Under the pieces are notes generated by a model, which worked only from the letters and a program-made list of their open reading frames with translations, ran no database searches and was not told where the DNA came from. A stretch of DNA of 63,728 bases, counting the filler, from Reticulomyxa filosa (lineage: Eukaryota; Protista; Foraminifera): NCBI GenBank assembly GCA_000512085.1. It is 19 parts of 19 records of this genome, joined end to end, with 100 filler letters (N's around TTAATTAATTAA, not from the genome) between each part and the next. Parts side by side here need not be neighbours in the genome. Positions count along the whole stretch, not along the records: positions 59,382 to 62,458 come from ASPP01027572.1; positions 62,559 to 63,728 come from ASPP01041539.1; 17 more parts are not named here. One strand, 5' to 3'. Every line of letters begins with the position of its first letter. Position 1 is the first letter of the stretch. Shown piece by piece: positions 61,182 through 63,728 of this stretch. The position numbers and the translations under genes are program-made.

Positions 61182-63728
61182 TCTTTATGTTTCGATGACT
61201 ATCAGCTTCTCACAAAAATTTGAATTGAACTTTTTCACCCCGTTTTTTTAACAAACAAGTTTTTCAAAGGATTATCAACTGTACTTGCAAAATTTGTTAG
61301 TTGGAAGTTGCCAAGATAAAAAAAAAACAAAAATATATTTAAGTCTCCTAGGAAACCATTCCAATGAGTCACATACTTTGCGCGGTATGGATAACCCGCC
61401 CGCAAATTATGTTCAAAAAAACATTTGGACCCCCGCAAGATCATCAGGACAGACCATTCTTCTCTAATGGCCTGGTAGCCTGCTTAAATATATCTTTAAG
61501 CCTCTCCAACGATATGTTTCTTTATGAAACATATAATAGGAGAGGAACTCCTTTATTACTGCCTTTGGCAGGCCTAGTAAATAGGGGCGTTGCTTGCCTC
61601 CTTAGCTCTAGGTTCTGCTCGAGGTCGTAGCATTGGAGGCCTAAGGGGTCGGCTTTAACTGACCCCTCCAAAGTTCTTTAAAAAAAAAGTTTTATGGTCA
61701 TGTCGACCTTCTTCAATTGTTTGCATGGTTCCGGTTTGTCGTTTCTCAAAAATGTAAAGATTTTCGTCTCTGAAGAGTAGCTAATGTCTAATGATGTTCT
61801 TTGACATTGTCTTTCTCACTTTGACACAAATTACTTTGTTCATTCATGGGAGGGTATGTTAAGGTCAATGTTCTGGAATGGAAAGGATATAGTACATGTG
61901 ATTCTTTCAAAAAAAAAAAACCAATGAAAAAGGTTGAAGACGGTGGACGTTTAAAGAAATGCAATGAACTGAAAATAGCATTGGTTCCACCGGACTATAT
62001 CAAAGCATGTACGCAGCAGATGAATATGAAACAGATGACAATGACGACGACGATGATACTAGCAACAGTGCAAACAAAGCAAAAAAAAGTTTGATCAATA
62101 GCTTTATCACAGACAAAAGATTTGCTGAATTGTTTAAAAAACCGTATCCTGATGCAGTTGAAGGGGAGTCCCTGCATCAAACTGTGCAAGTTATGTATAT
62201 GTACATATGTATATGAGAACAATGATCACAATGTGATTTATGTGGTAATAATAGATAGTTACTACCATGATGACGATAAAAAAAAGAAATGAGCCAATCA
62301 GACTCAGCGTCTGGACAAGACCAAGAACAAAAGCAGTGAATCAAAAAGAAGGAAGGAGAGACCAAGAACAGCGAAAAGACATCGTTGCTGCAAGTGATTG
62401 AGACTTTTTGGAACGTTATTACTGTCTCAAGGTCGAAGTGCTCCCCAAATATACGGCCNNNNNNNNNNNNNNNNNNNNNNNNNNNNNNNNNNNNNNNNNN
62501 NNTTAATTAATTAANNNNNNNNNNNNNNNNNNNNNNNNNNNNNNNNNNNNNNNNNNNNTCCTTGTCTTTTTCTTTTTCTTTGTCTTTTGATTGTTCATTT
62601 TGCTCTTTTTCCGCTTTTTCTTTTGCTTGTTCGCTATAACTATTTCTCAATGTCCTCGTCAGTAAATATCTATTTTCTACTTGCTTTCTTATTCTCACCT
62701 TTTTTACACACACACACATATTGCACGCCGATTCATATTTCACATTTTTGGACGCCATTTTGGTTTTGAAAGGAGATGAAGAGGGAAGGAAAAAGGGTGG
62801 CTTTGAAACTTCCGGAGAAAAAGTAATCACCTGACGGGACAGGTTATGTAACTTCCACATTGCAAGACTATTTCCAAGCCAAAATTATAATTTAACACGA
62901 TGCACAAGATCTCAAAATGATGTCAATTTATGATTGACAAAGAATTGCTAGATGCATTTTCAACTTTGAGGGCTAAAAAAACCCCCTTCCGCAATTTTTA
63001 AACCCACAAATTCAGTGTTTACTTTACAAAGGTTTTTTACTACAATTTACTTTTTTTATTTTTTGATTTTAATACGAAAGATGTCAATGTTCACAGCGAT
63101 ATGCAAATAATTACGCTTACAATTGAAAATATATTCCTGTATACATACATTAAAAAAAAGCAAATCCTTTAAATTAGTAATGTATATTCAAAGCAAGCAC
63201 TGAACTTAATGAAGAGGTACACTTATGCGGTATCCTCACTGCTAACAAAGTACAAGACTCGTATCCAAAGCCAACAATTACAATACTTTAAAATTGGAAT
63301 ATACACAATTTTTATTAATTTATTTGTTTGTTTGTATTACTGCTTTGAGCAATAATCAAATCTAACATTCTTAATTTATCATATGTGTTGCAAGAGAACT
63401 TAGGATAGCTTATTACTGAAATAATAAGTAAAAATTGTTGTTAAAAAGAAATAGTGATTGCTCTTTCCATTTCAAGTCAATGCAATATGACTCCTTTTTT
63501 CAATAAAAAAAAAGCAGGAAATTAGTAACGAATCCAGCACACAAGTTATATTTCTTCAAGAAATAAAGAAATTGTATCATTTTTTTTTAGCTTTATTTTT
63601 CCACTAAAAAGGTAGCAACATATAATGTGCGTTTCATAAAGATTTCCACAATCGAATTGTGTTATCACGGGAAGAAGATGCAATAATAATATTGTGATAT
63701 GGAGAAATATCTACCCTCGTAACAGCTT

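Noticed and set aside
61846-62860. Short ORFs flanking the last spacer
   Set aside because: Fragmentary and low-complexity with no recognisable domain.

Overview
This window is not one locus. It is 19 unrelated contig pieces joined by 18 artificial 100-nt spacers (44 N + TTAATTAATTAA + 44 N). Most pieces come from an AT-rich, intron-rich protist. The expanded WD40, kelch and caspase-TPR families and the microsatellite-filled introns strongly resemble the foraminiferan Reticulomyxa filosa (recognised from memory, not searched). Eukaryotic genes, many partial or split by introns so the ORF track fragments or misses them: UPF0193/EVG1-like, secreted GH2 glycosidase, class I cyclic-nucleotide PDE, AMMECR1, caspase-like+TPR, kelch propeller, RGS, eIF3M, DBP7/DDX31, an AusD/Trt5-like methyltransferase, a TLC-like membrane protein, several WD40 genes and pseudogenes, a TRPM-like channel, a PI3K-like kinase and an ankyrin protein. 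There are also LINE remnants and a Tc1/mariner-type MITE. Two contigs are bacterial: a GC-rich proteobacterial one (fabH-like + iscR) and an AT-rich one (hscB + broken N6-methyltransferase/specificity gene). The most interesting signals are: (1) a 33-aa phase-0 exon module shared between the C-terminus of the kelch gene and the N-terminus of the WD40 gene, a candidate adaptor box for a large variable beta-propeller receptor repertoire; (2) a caspase-type domain fused to hypervariable 42-aa TPRs, resembling an innate sensor-protease; (3) many introns that end in poly(A)-AG instead of a polypyrimidine tract.
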